Assembly (NCBI GenBank): GCA_013265495.1
Contig: MU058059.1
Location: 3,139,502-3,203,501, forward strand
Length of the DNA stretch: 64,000 nt
Origin: Vicugna vicugna
Lineage: Eukaryota
Direction of reading: 5' to 3'
A model generated the notes under the pieces. The model was given only the letters and a program-made list of their open reading frames with translations. It was not told the DNA's origin and did no database searches. Below are positions 13,835 through 26,262 of the stretch, piece by piece. Both the position numbers and the translations under genes were made by a program. How positions within the stretch are numbered: the first letter of the stretch is position 1; each line of letters begins with the position of its first letter.

Positions 13835-13925
13835 AAATATTTAATGGAGGCACTGGGGATCGAGCCCAGGACCTCGCGCGTGCTAAGCACGTACTCTCCC
13901 ACTGAGCTACACCCATCACCCCCCG
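13835..13925 (-). mobile_element. tRNA-derived SINE (vic-1-like)
   Basis: ggaggcactggggatcgagcccaggacctc...ccactgagctacaccc is the reverse complement of the same family. Confidence 0.8.
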
Positions 13926-14774
13926 ATATTTTAGATTCCGATCTAGTCTTTTTTTTTCCTTTTGTTCATAGTCTCCCTTAATGGTCCGTGTGTGTGTGTG
14001 TGTGTGATGAAAACATGTAACATGAGATCTGCCCTCTTAAAACTTTAAGTGCCTAAGACGATGTTGTAAACTACGAGCACAGCAGAGCTCTGGAACTCAC
14101 TCATCCATTGTACGTGAAACTTCACCCTGTTGAACACCTCCCCGTTTCTCCTCCCCCAAGCCTGTACCAACCCTCACTCTACTCCTGCTCCTGTGAGTTG
14201 AACTATTTTGGATATTTCTCATGTAAGTGGAATCCTGGGTCAAAAACAGGATGGAGACACCTCAAAAAATGAAAAATGGTTATTTTTTTTTTAATGCTGG
14301 GCACAACCCCCATCTTGATGTCAGGATCCACGGATGTGTTGCTACCAAAGCTTGAAAGACATTCCAAGGGGATCTGAATTGTTTTTTGCTTTAAAACTGT
14401 CCAGTCGTTGAAGTTGGTATCAAAGACTTGTGAAGTAGGTAGGAAGAGCCAGGGGATGGGGGTGAAAAGAGAGATTTTTAAAAATTAATTATTGATGGCA
14501 ATGCAGTGGAAATACTAACACCCTGATGCATTTTTAATTCTTGAAAGGAGGGAGAGATGCAGCTTATAAATGCTGCTTATTTTTTCCTACAGGCTCATCC
14601 AAGATGATGAAATGCCAGATTTGCTTCACTAAACAGGCATTTTAAAGTCCAAACCGAAATGAAGACGCAAAGGTTAATTCATCTTCTGTGTCTCAAACAA
14701 TATTCATCAGTGCCTTGACTAACGGGGCGAGAAAGCCTGTCTGAAGCAAGCGCACAGGGCACGGACATCCTTGT

Positions 14775-14787
14775 CCACTAGGTGGCG
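14775..14787 (+). promoter_or_regulatory. Predicted CTCF site
   Basis: CCACTAGGTGGCG matches the CTCF core consensus. Confidence 0.6.
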
Positions 14788-17009
14788 ATACGAACAGGGG
14801 GAGCCCTTTCCGGAGTCTTACACGTAGGCAGCAAAGGAATTTAGAAACCCAGGGTCGCCCAGTAATTCAGTGAATTCAGCCTGAAAGTTTACTCAGTGCT
14901 CTGGGCATGTTTCTGCCTTTTCTTGGAACATCCTTGGATTTCAGCTTCATTTTTGCTGACATCCTGACATTTGAAATTATTAATATCTTGGCTAGTTCCT
15001 TGTGGCAATACAGATGCACTGCGGCTGGATAAAGTCAAAGGCATCGTGACGCTTGTGCTGGTGAGTACGCTGCGAAGTTAGCCTGTGGCGTTAAGCTTTC
15101 CTTCTTGCCCGTCTGCGTAACATTTAAGAAATACTGTGGGTCCTTGTGTAACACTTCCTATTGCAAACAATTCTGTATCTCTTAGTCGTTCTCCATATTG
15201 CAAAGTTACTGAAATACTTAATGGACATTTTAGTTTTATTGTTCAGCTGAAAAGAACGGTCTTCTCAAATACACACCGGCAAGCCATTTTCCCTAAAAGA
15301 ACTAATAGCTGGAAAGTTAGGAATGTATCAGAAACAAAAAAATACGCTTTTTGCAATTTAGAAACAGTCTTTTGAAATAATCCCATGTATGGGAGACTTT
15401 TAAATCCTCAAGCGATCTCTGTTGTAAGATAGATTTATATTTACTTGGAAGTCTTGCTTATTTTTACAATATCTTTAATGGCGGTAAAGAGGAGATATTT
15501 ATAAGTGATATTCTCTTGCTACTTCCTATATTTATATATCATGTGAATTTTAATGAATACATATTACTTTTACAAATAGGAAAATAGAGACATTTTTGTT
15601 ATAAAAGTAGTATGTAACTATGAGGGAAAACATAGATGTTAGTATGGTGTAACCTGAAAGTTGTGACTAACAGGTCAGTTGAATGCGCATACCGTTTGAG
15701 TGCTGTGTTGGTTAATCTTAACTGTGAATTGCTGATTCAGGAAATAATGTTTCTGAATTTAGGTCATTTTGACCATGTTTTTGTCTATAATTAGGTTTCC
15801 TTCTTAAAGTGGGAAGAATATCAAGCTGGTCATTACTTTTATGGTAACGTCATTAGTGAGACAATTGGTAGTAGCACTTTTGTTGTTAAAAACAGAAAAA
15901 CCAGTATATCTAGTCTCTCACTATTCTTGAATCTGTGCAATAACCCACCTCTGTGTGGTGGTCCGCAGGTTTACAGCATAAGAAGCTCCGAACTGCTGTA
16001 TGATGTGGGTGGGGCGTATCCAGCTTCTAAGATAAAAAATCCTCCCCATAAGATCCTAATCTGATGAGTTACGCAGTCAGAGGAGGACCGACCGTGAGAC
16101 TCTGAGTTCAGGCTCCTTGCCTGTCTTCGCTGTGGTGTTGCAGACGTGCCTGAAGTGGTCCGATGTGTGGGCTGGGAAGGGGACGTCTTCTTAGCAGACA
16201 TTTAAAGTATCGGCTGCTCTTTCTTGCCTTCTGTTCAGCTGCGTGTGGGGTGGGGACAGGAATGAGTCAGGCGGGGCTGCGTGAGCCGGTCATGCTTACA
16301 CACATCGTGGTAACGGCCATCGGGGCGGCTGTGCACGTCCTGTTGGCGCTGAACTGGGCGGCGTGTTGACTTGTCCACTGCCTTTCACACTGCGTCTCTC
16401 TGAGGCTTGGTCTTGCACTCAGCCAATTTTTCCCCCTTTGGAGAAGGAAGACAATTTAATGTTTTATCCAGATCCAGAGGTGCATAAAACTAAAGGACAG
16501 CTCCAGTTGGCAAACAGGTGTTTCACAATGATATCCAAGAAGAAATGGTTGGTGATGGACAATTCAGAAATGCTTCCCCTAAAGGTGGATGGTTCTTTAA
16601 AAAATGTCAGGAGTGAATGCACAATGTGAGTGCCAGGGACTTATGTCAGGGGCTGCGTCCACTTGCACGGGGTTGAGCACAGACAGGCTCCCTGCCCATG
16701 TGGAGACTGCAGTCTAGCGGAAGAGACAGACAAACAGAACGGCACGTGAGGGGATGTGCCAGGAGTTCAGGTGTGGACTTACAGGGATGGACGCGGGGAG
16801 ACGTTAGAGTGGAGACGTCCAAGAGGCATCCAGACATGGGAGCCCGAGGATTAGGCCAGAGCTGTCAGTTTGGGAGATGTCGTCCTAGAGGCGGTGCTAA
16901 AATCCAGGAAAACCACTCAGACCACCTTGGGAGGAAGAGTGCACAGAAAAGAAAGGAAGGCCCAGCACCCGGCCTGGAGAATCCTCTCCCTTTAAAAGTA
17001 GGCGAAGGA

Positions 17010-17222
17010 GATAAACAGCAGGGTCCTGCTGTGCAGCACAGGGAACTATATGCAATACCTTGTAATAGCCTATAGTAAAAAGAGTATGAAAAGGATATAT
17101 ACACACATGTGTGTTTAACTGAATCACTATTCTGTGCACTAGAAGTCAACACAACATTGTAAACTGACTCTACTTCAGTAAAAAAAAAGAGCAAGATAAG
17201 TAAATAGATAAATAAAAATTTA
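17010..17222 (+). mobile_element. L1 3' fragment
   Basis: 3'UTR with A-rich tail; TSD aaaagtaggcRaagga at 16994-17009 and 17223-17238. Confidence 0.8.
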
Positions 17223-17752
17223 AAAAGTAGGCAAAGGAAAAGGAATCAGTAACAGAGCTGGAGAACGGCCACCAGAGCAAGAGGAGAGAACCTGGGAGGG
17301 CGTGGCGTCCCCTCCCGGAGATGAGCGCTGAACCCGCGTCCTGGGAAGGCGCGCGCGGCAGGCTCAGGGGAGAGCACTGCAGTCAGAAACGCCGTTTCCG
17401 CCAGAAGCAGCATCGATCGTCCTTTCCTGTCAAGGAGGCCTTTATACCCGTGTGGCTCTAACTGGCCTGACTGGAGAGTTTATTTCAGGACACTGGGATC
17501 TGTGGGCTTTCTGTAGCCACCGGATTGGTACTAATTGTCAGTACCACTTCTTTTTTCTAACATTTCACTGTGAAAAATTTCAGGCATACAGAAAGGTTGC
17601 AGGAATTTTACAGTGAACATTCATGTGTCACTAGGTTCTTTACTTACATTTGCTCTGCCTGTTTTATCATATATCTACCCAGCTAACCACCCCTCTATCC
17701 ACCCACCAATCCATCTTATTTTTTGGATGCCTTTCAAAGTAAGTTTCGGACA

Positions 17753-18776
17753 CTGAATCAGTAATTTGAAAACTCCCAACAAACAAAAGTCCAGGACCAG
17801 AAGGCTTCACAGGTGAATTCTACCAAACACATACAGAATAGTTAACACCTATTCTTCTCAAACTATTCCAAAAAGTTGCAGAGGAAGGAGCACTTTCTCA
17901 CTCATTCTATGAGGCCAGCATCACTTTGCTACCAAAACCAGACAAAGATATCACAAAAAAAAAGAATATTACAGGCCAATATCACTGATGAACATAGATG
18001 CAAAAATTCTCAACAAAATATTAACAAACTGAATCCAACAATACACTAAAAGGATCTTACACTATGATCAAGTGGGATTTATCTCAGGGATGTAAGGAGT
18101 TTTCAGTATCCACAAATCAATCAGTTTCTAAAAAAAACTACAAATAGAACTACCATATGACCCAGCAATTCCACTCCCACTTATATATCTGAAAGAAATC
18201 AAAACACTAATTCAAAAAGATGAGTGCAGCCGAATGTTCATAGCAGCATTATTTGCAATTGCCAGGACAAGGAAACAACCTATGTGTCCATCAACAGATG
18301 ACTGGATAAAGAAGATGTGGTATATTTATACATTGGAATATTACTCAGCCATAAAAAGGAACGAAATTTTGCCATTTGCAACAACACGATTAGACTTGGA
18401 GGGTATTAAGCTAAGTGAAATAAGTCAGACAGAAAAAAGAATGATATCACTTACATGTGGAATCTGAAAACTAATCAGTGAATATAACAAAAAAGAAGCA
18501 GACTCACAGATAAACAGAGCAAATTAGTGGTCACCAGTGAGGAAAGGGAAGGGGGTAACATAGGGGTAGGGGAATAATGGATACAAACTCTCACGGATCA
18601 AATAAGCTACAAGGATATAGTGTACAACACAGGGAACATAGCCAATATTCTGTAATAACTATAAATAAAGACTAACCTTTAAAAAATAAAAATCACTATA
18701 TTGTACATCTGTAACTTACACAATATTTTGCATCAACTATACTTCAATTCTATACGATGAAAAAACAAACCGAATT
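17753..18776 (+). mobile_element. Internally deleted L1 (ORF2 RT-proximal piece fused to ORF2 C-terminus and 3'UTR) nested in an older L1M fragment
   Basis: KSPGPEGFTGEFYQT...[15 protein letters not shown] joined to IELPYDPAIP...WIKKMWYIYTLEYYSAIK; TSD at 17737-17752 and 18777-18792. Confidence 0.9.
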
Positions 18777-19149
18777 AAGTGAGTTTCAGACATAAGACCA
18801 TTTCACAACTAAACACTCTAGCATCCATGTCATTGACCAGGGTTCAATATCTGTTTATGGTTCTATTTCTTTGGCAGTAACATTTAAAAAGAGTAAAAAG
18901 CCCAAATCTTAAGTGTGCAGTTGATGCCTTCTGACAAACGCATGCCCTGGGTAGCCGCCCTGGCGAGCCGTCCATGCACGTGTTACTCCCTGTCACCCCA
19001 GCAGGTCCGCCAGTGCAGCCGCACCTCAGAAAGCGGGGCGGTGCGGGCAGGGGGCTGGGGCCGGGCAGGGCAACGGCACGGCAAGTGTTCACCCCCTTCC
19101 CTCTGCGGGGGGCTCTGCCGCTCTCCCATAGACCCACTCACACTGTCAC

Positions 19150-19404
19150 CAAGACAGAAGTAGATGTTGAGCTCCTCCTAAAAACGCTTTTGTAAACGTT
19201 TCACAACACACCCTTTGTGGAGAGGACGATGGTGTCCAGGGAACCAGGCCCGAGCCGGGAAGGCAGAAGTCCCCACGCAGGATCCGCTCCGCTGGTGCGG
19301 GGCTGGCTGACTTGTCAAACCAGGACAGCCAGCAGCGATGTCTGCAAGTATAAAACCACATGGCCATTTTAACATGTTCACTAATAGAGCCCTGGGGCGG
19401 AAGG
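19150..19404 (-). pseudogene. Pseudo-exon, post-NACHT (EHVKMAMWF...LVPW)
   Basis: gttgtttctag| acceptor; phase 2 matches the upstream donor; lies in ORF 19146..19511; 3' end uncertain. Confidence 0.45.
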
Positions 19405-20274
19405 CTAGAAACAACAGCAACAAACAAACCAGCCACTTCGAGGCAGTGACCACTCTGGCTCACCTGCCACGTTTTCACAGGTTGCCGCCTGGAGCCCTGT
19501 CCCGGCCTCATTGCTAGGGTGACACCTGCCGGGCACAGGTCTGAAGCAGGGATGTTCTGTGGGAAGGGCTGGGCCTGCTCAGATTCGGCACCATAAGCAA
19601 GATGGAGCCACTAACTACGTCTCATCTGTTGTTAACAACAAAGAGTCAGAGGTGGGGGTTGGGAGAGGTTAGTTTATTTGTTTACTTTCTTGCTTTTGTT
19701 TTGTTTTGTCACTCCGGGCTTTAGACAGTATGTCTGATTTCTTAGAATGAAAAGAAGGTTTCTCAATCCTCACCCTACGCTGGATTTAAGGAACCTCGGG
19801 ACATAAGTTGAAGTAGCAGCAACTTTTCAGATTTAATTAAAATTTGCTTGAGCCTTTTCTCCAAGCGCTGTGAGAAGCCTAATGATCTCCCCAGATTTAT
19901 TTATTAATTCTTGAGATTTTTATAGACTTGTGTTCACTTCCAGCTGCAAAATCCTACTTCTGCTGGGCTCACATCTCTCCTGGGGTTCGTGCCCACTGTC
20001 GGCATCTTCTTTCCGCCTTGGGCCACCCTGGACGTGGAATTCAGCCTCTCTTCCTTGACATCCCCCACGACAGCTTTCCCAGGCAAAGCCTGCTGGAATC
20101 CCGTGTCTCCCTCTGCTCGCTCCCCTTCCCCTCTCTTGACTCCCACGTTCCTCTGCAAGTCTAGGTTCAAACGGGTTTAACTGTGACCACCTCCTTCCCA
20201 CCCACACGTGGAAAATCAAGGTATTTTCCTAAACAAAGATGGTTGTCAAGAAGAACTCTGGTGCAAAGTCTTTG

Positions 20275-20500
20275 AAATACACATATGTATATTCATACAC
20301 ATCTATATGTCACACACAAACACATATATATATGCACATACAATATACACATATGCTTACACATACGTCCTACATGTACACATAATACACACTACATAGG
20401 GATAGAGAAATCATTACATGCATGTGTATAGTTACATGCACAACACACGCTATCTGCACACACATGCACACCCATATATACCCCATGACATATGTCTACA
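20275..20500. repeat. Degenerate (CA/TA)n low-complexity tract
   Basis: Direct reading. Confidence 0.8.
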
Positions 20501-20539
20501 CAGATCTAAACCGCCTTCACTAAGGAATCTTGACTCAAA

Positions 20540-20860
20540 CTTCCAGTTATAAAATGAATGCGTTCTGAGGATCTAATGCACAGCATTCTGCCTATTGTTA
20601 ACAATACTGTATTATAAACTTGAAGGTTGCTAATTAGAGTAGATCTTAAATGTTCTCATCACATAAAAAGAAGTGGTAACAGAAGTGACGGAGGTGTCAG
20701 CTCATCTATGGTGGTAATCATGTTGCAATATACAAGTGTATCAAATCAACACATTGTACACCTTAAACTTCCATGTACTCCTTAGACTTACACAACGTAT
20801 GTGTGTCAATTATGTCTCAATGAGGCCGGGGGAAAAAAGAAGTTCAATGTAAAAAAAACG
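20540..20860 (+). mobile_element. Older L1M (L1MA/MB-like) 3' end
   Basis: ttccagttataaaatgaat...gagtagatcttaaatgttctcatcac...caattatgtctcaat. Confidence 0.7.
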
Positions 20861-21453
20861 AAAAACAAAGAAACCACCAAAAACTAAATCCGAATTTGAC
20901 CACTTGTCACCACCCTGGTCCGAGCTACCTGTCTCTTGCCTGGATTATTGCAATAATCTCGTAACTATCATACCTGCCTTGGTCACCCCTTTAGCTCTAG
21001 CTCCTGCCCCTTCCTGTCGGAGCCTTGTTCTCATCTTCTTATTTCTACATTGCACAGACCTTGCTCTGTGATTGAGACGGATGCCATCCAGTCTGTACTG
21101 ATCAGTTGAGAAAATGGGAGACTGGAAATATCTGTCCGGCCACCCACTGATTCAATCACACATTCACTCAGCGTCCGATACCCGAGCACCGACGACACCA
21201 CAGTGTTGGATCCTGCAGAAGAGAAAGGATGTGAAGGAGGGAGGGGCCTGTGGCTTTCGAAATTTAAAATCCAGCTGCCTGTGCAGCCCTTGAGCACACA
21301 CAAAGCAAAATGTCCTCACACGCACAGTTCTCATCAGAGGAACAGCAAACAAGAGCAGAAAGCCGGGGCCCACAGTGTGCAGCAGTCCTGCTGCCTCAGC
21401 AGATGAGCAGGGGGGAAGAAAACCACTGCGGTGAAAAGAAACTGCTGGCTTAC

Positions 21454-21941
21454 AGATTTTTTTTTAAATTACAATATGCATGCTCTTCTAACAGTGTGAG
21501 TTCTGCTTAGACGGCAGGGTGATTTTCATGAAAGTCTGTGCTCAGCCTTGTCTTATGCCTGTTTCGAAAAAAAAGAGGTCAGGTAAAATGACTGTAGTAA
21601 CAGCACTGAGCGAGCTGAAAACCACAGTGTCTTTCAGATGAGACAAGAAAAGACCGCACGCTGGAAATTTTTTTTTGCCTGCTGAAAACCCCCTGAAGTC
21701 GTTTCAGAAACACACAGAGAGGCGATCTCCGCTTCCCCCGTAGCAGTGTTCTCAAGGAACACGGCATTCCACATCCGACGAAGAGGACTGGGGAAGCAGT
21801 CCAGCAGCCTGGGTAACTCTGAGCTCAGCAGCAAGGGCCCCGTGAGGATTAAGGCAGACGCGGTCAGAAGGAGGGAGAGCTTGTCAGTGTCTGGCTAAAG
21901 CTCACGTGCCTTGAAGAGAAGTCTTTCTCATGCACCCAGAT
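21454..21941 (-). pseudogene. Pseudo-exon with NACHT helical/winged-helix-like region
   Basis: Long poly-pyrimidine tract then tgtgtag|; DKLSLLLTASAL...LLDCFPSPLRRMWNAVFLE...IASLCVSETTSGGF; donor CT|gtaagc at 21453. Confidence 0.6.
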
Positions 21942-22128
21942 CTACACAGACTCAGAAGTCAGGAGCCCAAAAAAGAAAAAAAAAAGAACAAAAGCCAAAA
22001 CAGCACAAAAAAGTCAGCAGCTGAGTCCCGCGAACACACTGCTGATGCTCTGGGCTGTCGTTTTCCTCTCTGCCAAGAGGGGAGATGCAGAACTGAGACA
22101 AGGCAAAGTAGTAAGACATGTATCTTAC

Positions 22129-23025
22129 TTTTTAACCTCTCTCTTTGGCTGTATTTGGGATGAGGGACTTAATCTTGATGTAGCTCTTCCAAATCTCTTC
22201 ATGTAGTTCTGCAATTTTTAACTGCCTCTACACTGAATATTCTAACCATTTAAAACAGTTGTTTAAATTGAGGTATCGTCAGCTTACAATGCTTATCAAT
22301 TTCTGGGGTACAGCATAATATGTTTCAGGCATACACACACATACATACTTTCCTTTTCATATTCTTTTTCATTTAAGATATTGAATATAGTTCCTTGTGC
22401 TATACAGAAGAAACTTGTTTATCTATCTTTACATATAGTAGTTAGTATCTGCAAATCTCAAATTCCCATTTTATCCCTTCCCACTCACTTTCCTCCTGGT
22501 AACCATAAAAGAAAAATACCATATGATGTCACTTATATGTGGAATCTTAAAAAAAAAAAAAGACGCAAATGAACTTACTTCACAACAGAAACAGACTCAC
22601 AGACATGGAAAACCTTTTAAACCACTTTGGCGCAGGAATTAGTGACGACTGAGTGTGTCTGCAGAAATCCACGCCACGTCTATTGCAGAACGTCAACTAA
22701 GGGCCAGGGAACTCTCATCCTCCAGGCTGATAAACAGGATCTATATCTGGTTTTGGTCATTTTTTTAATTCAAAGTCAACTATATTTTTAATGGAGGAAT
22801 TTACAGGTGAGTTTCATGAAGAACACCAAGTACTAAGATACTGAAGGGTGACACTGGTGAACGCAGAGGAAAGATATAATGGCCTGGTTCTTGGTGGTCA
22901 TGAAATTTGATAAATGACTTCCTTCCCCAGAACCTCCAGAACAGAGCAACACAGGCACTGTCTTCCTATCACACTGGTTAGACAGAGCTTTCCTCAGAAT
23001 TGGCTCTGTTCTCCCTAGCATTCTT
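22129..23025 (-). pseudogene. Pseudo-exon encoding the NACHT core, interrupted by L1
   Basis: Branch point and acceptor ctaac...cttttattttgtcacag|; LGRTEPILRKAL, Walker A-like VPVLLCSGGSGEGS (22958-22917), Walker B-like ILFISLEDE (22740-22714), DVAWI (22680-22666); frame resumes after the L1 (FKWLEYSV*RQLKIAELHEEIWKSYI); donor AAA|gtaaga at 22128. Confidence 0.7.
22262..22612 (-). mobile_element. L1 3' fragment with 5' inversion
   Basis: About 22262-22507 is antisense and about 22508-22612 is sense, relative to the uninverted copy at 25823-26216. Confidence 0.85.
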
Positions 23026-23354
23026 CTGTGACAAAATAAAAGTTATCTGTTAGAGGAAATAGTAATGGTCTTAATTTGAAAACACTTAGTGAGATAAGCC
23101 TAGCATGCTGGATATGACACCAGGAGAACTTGTGCCTCGTTCAAGTTCAAAGGTAGCAGTTCTCAGGACTGTACTTCCCCAGAGCACAGAGAGCTGGCAT
23201 CCCTGGGACACCCTGACTTCTCACACGATGCTCCTTCTCTTCCTCTTTACTTATTTACCTGCTTAGTGAGACGAGGCAAACATTTGATGTACTCTAACTT
23301 GAAAGTCCTTTAAGTTGGTACTGGACATTCTATAAATTCTATCCAGGGCTAATT

Positions 23355-24125
23355 CTTTTTTAAAAATTGTTTTTATACAATTTTTAGAAGTTACTTTCCA
23401 TTTACAGATATTACAAAATATTGGCTATATTCCCCATGTTGTATAGCACATCCTCGAACTGTCTTACACCCAATGCCTTGTACCTCCCGTTCCCCCGAAC
23501 TTGCCCCTCCCCCCCACTGGTAACCACTAGTTTGTTCTCTACATCTGTGAGTCTGCTTCTTTTTTGTTATATTCACTAGTTTGTTGTGTTTTTCAGATTC
23601 CACGTATGAGTGATATCATACAGTATTTGTCTTTCTCTGTGCGACTTATTTCACTTAGCATAATGCCCTCCATGTCCATCCATGTTGCTGCAAATGGTCA
23701 AATTTCACTCTTTATTATGACTGAGTAGTATTCCAGTGTGTGTGTGTGTGTGTGTGTGTACACACACACATACCACATCTTCTTTATCCAGTCATCTGTT
23801 GATGGAGATAGCTTGGCTGTTGTAAACAGTACTGCTATGAACATTGAGGTAAATGTAAATCTCTTCAAATTAGTGTTTTGGCTTCTTTCAGATATATATG
23901 CAGGAATGGAGTTGCTGGATCGCACGGTAGTTCTATTTTTAGTGTCTAGAGAAGCCTCCATACTGTTTTCCATAGTGGCTGGACCAATTGACATTCCCAG
24001 CAGCAGTGTAGGAGGGTTCCCTTTTCCCCACATCCTCGCCCACATTCATTATTTATGTTCTTTTCAGTGATGGCCATTCTGACAGGTGTGGGGTGATATC
24101 TCTGTGGTTTTGATTTGATTTGATG
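23355..24125 (-). mobile_element. L1 3' fragment (ORF2 C-terminus and 3'UTR)
   Basis: [34 protein letters not shown] and DDWIKKMWY in the ORF track; internal (TG)n. Confidence 0.9.
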
Positions 24126-24349
24126 TTCTAGTATTAATTCTTTAGGAATGCGAGAAAAGTCCCCTCCTTGTCTGAGAGATGCAGGATGGTATAAACAAGA
24201 GGGGAAGCAGGGACTAGTGACAAATGATGTTGAAAATACCAAGGAGATGACTTGCCTCCGCAGTAGGATTTCAGGTGACTTTTAATGTGTTTCTTCATAT
24301 TTGAATTTTAACAGTGTGCCCGAATTGTTTCCATAATCAGAAAGTTATT

Positions 24350-25270
24350 TGGAAATAAATAAAATTAGATCCTTACGTAACACTCTAGTCACAGATAAGT
24401 CCCAGAGAGAATAATGTCCAAAACGTGTGAAGCAAAACTGCTACACCATTACAAATATACAGATTATCTTCATGATCTTGAGTTAAGCAGAATTTCTTAA
24501 AATAAGGTGGAAAGAGCATCAATCATAAGGGAAAACACTTATAACTTGACTTGTAATTTTTAGATGATACCAAAATTAAAGCTCAGCTTAAAAATGGTTA
24601 AAAATCAAGTCACAGACTAGAAGATATTTGTAACATGTATTACAGAGTATCTAAGAAACACAAGGAATTAAAATTAATAAGCAATAAAACAAAACTGCCA
24701 ATTTTAAAAAAATGGACAAAAAATATAAACAGGGAAGAGAAAAGGAAAACAAAATTCACCAAAATTCACAAAAGAGGCTCCTCCTCACTATCCTCAGAGA
24801 CACACAAATTAAATTAGATGACACTTTGTATCCTTCTGATTGTCTGCAAAACATCAGACCAGGCAGTACGAGATGCTGGAAAGGACACAGAAAACAGAGT
24901 GGGAGTGAAAGTGAGTACAACTGTTTGATGTCAAATTAACAAATCCAGTAAGGCTAAAAATTTACCTTCCTTGTGACCTAGAAAGTCCTCCACTAGAGAA
25001 ACTTGCAAATGTGTGCAAAGCAACAGCTAGGAAAAGTTAGGAACAATCTAAAATCCATCAGAGGAAAATAAAAATAAATTTCATGGTCCCAAGAATGTTA
25101 AAATAGCAGTTTAAAAAATGAACTAGATACCTCTGTGTTAACCTTATTAATATAGATCACTAAAACATACAGTGAGAAGAAAAAAAAACAGGTTGCAGAA
25201 AACTTAAACAGTATGATACAAAGTATTTAAAGTTTAAAAAGCACTATATGTATTGAGCATGGATACATAT
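24350..25270 (+). mobile_element. Old degraded L1M fragment
   Basis: A-rich ORF2/3'UTR-like text; boundaries approximate. Confidence 0.55.
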
Positions 25271-25822
25271 ATACATAATAAATAGAGTCCTGTACTGGAG
25301 GACACTACCGGGTTGTCTCTGGGGAGATCCTGCAGGGCCCTGGGGTGGGGCTGCCCTTCAGCAAAGGGAACGGAGCAGAACTCCAGCCTCAGTTTCTGGA
25401 GCAAACACCCCTGGAGGCCCAGCAGGATCCTGGATGATGTCACTCCCTGATGGTCCACCTTATTAAAGACACCACAGGTACTTGCAGGGCCTGAAATAGA
25501 CACCCACAGCGTTGGCGGAAAAACACCTCTCAGCCTGAAGGAGATTATATTGTGCGGAGAAATGGAAACCCTTTTGAAGAAACACTCAGATTGGATTTGG
25601 GATTGAAAATATCCCCCCGCCCTTCCAGGAGACTGGCTTTCCACATCTTTCAAAATCCAAAGCACAAAGCCTCTCTCAGCAGGAGGAACACACGTGTTAG
25701 GAAGAAAGGGGGCATTTTCTCAGCAGAATTTCTAAAGGTTTCCCTTTCATCTCTGATGCTCTCACAGCGCTGTGGACTGAGGAGCATGTTGGAAAGCGTC
25801 TGGCCACCTCTACCAGCACCTT

Positions 25823-26262
25823 TTTTTTTTTTCCATTGAAGTATAGTTGGTTTATAATGTTGCTAGTTTCTGGTGTACAGCATAGTGATTCCAATTATTT
25901 ATTTATTTACCTTTTCATTTCTTTTTGTTAGAGGCCATTACAAGACATTGAATATAGCTCCCTGTGCTATGCAGTATGAACTTGTTGTTTATCCGCTTTA
26001 TATAAAGTAGTTAGTATCTGCAAATCTCAAACTCCCAATTTATCCCTTCCCATCCCCTTCCTCCCGGTAACCATAAGTTTGTTTTCTATGTCTGTGAGTC
26101 TGTTTCTGTTTTGTAAATACATTCATTTGTCTTTTTTTTTTTTCAGTTCCACATATAAGTGATATCATGTGGTATTTTTCTTTCTGTTTCTGACTCACTT
26201 CACTTAGTATGACAATTACCAGCATCTTTTTTAAAAAGTGTAGTTGACTTACAGTGTTGTGT
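25823..26262 (-). mobile_element. Two tandem L1 3' ends
   Basis: Pieces of about 390 bp and about 35 bp, bounded by three copies of taccagcaYctt. Confidence 0.8.

Larger units (their letters stand above)
11256..15292 (-). pseudogene. Six phase-compatible pseudo-exons
   Basis: 15292-15135, 14998-14893, 14426-14346, 13213-13131, 13053-13016 and 11321-11256, each AG...GT bounded; they splice into one frame of about 177 codons with two TGA. Confidence 0.5.

Noticed and set aside
14893..15200. VWA-like pattern (LRDTELFAIG...ELAKI)
   Set aside because: No MIDAS DxSxS motif found; similarity too short to call
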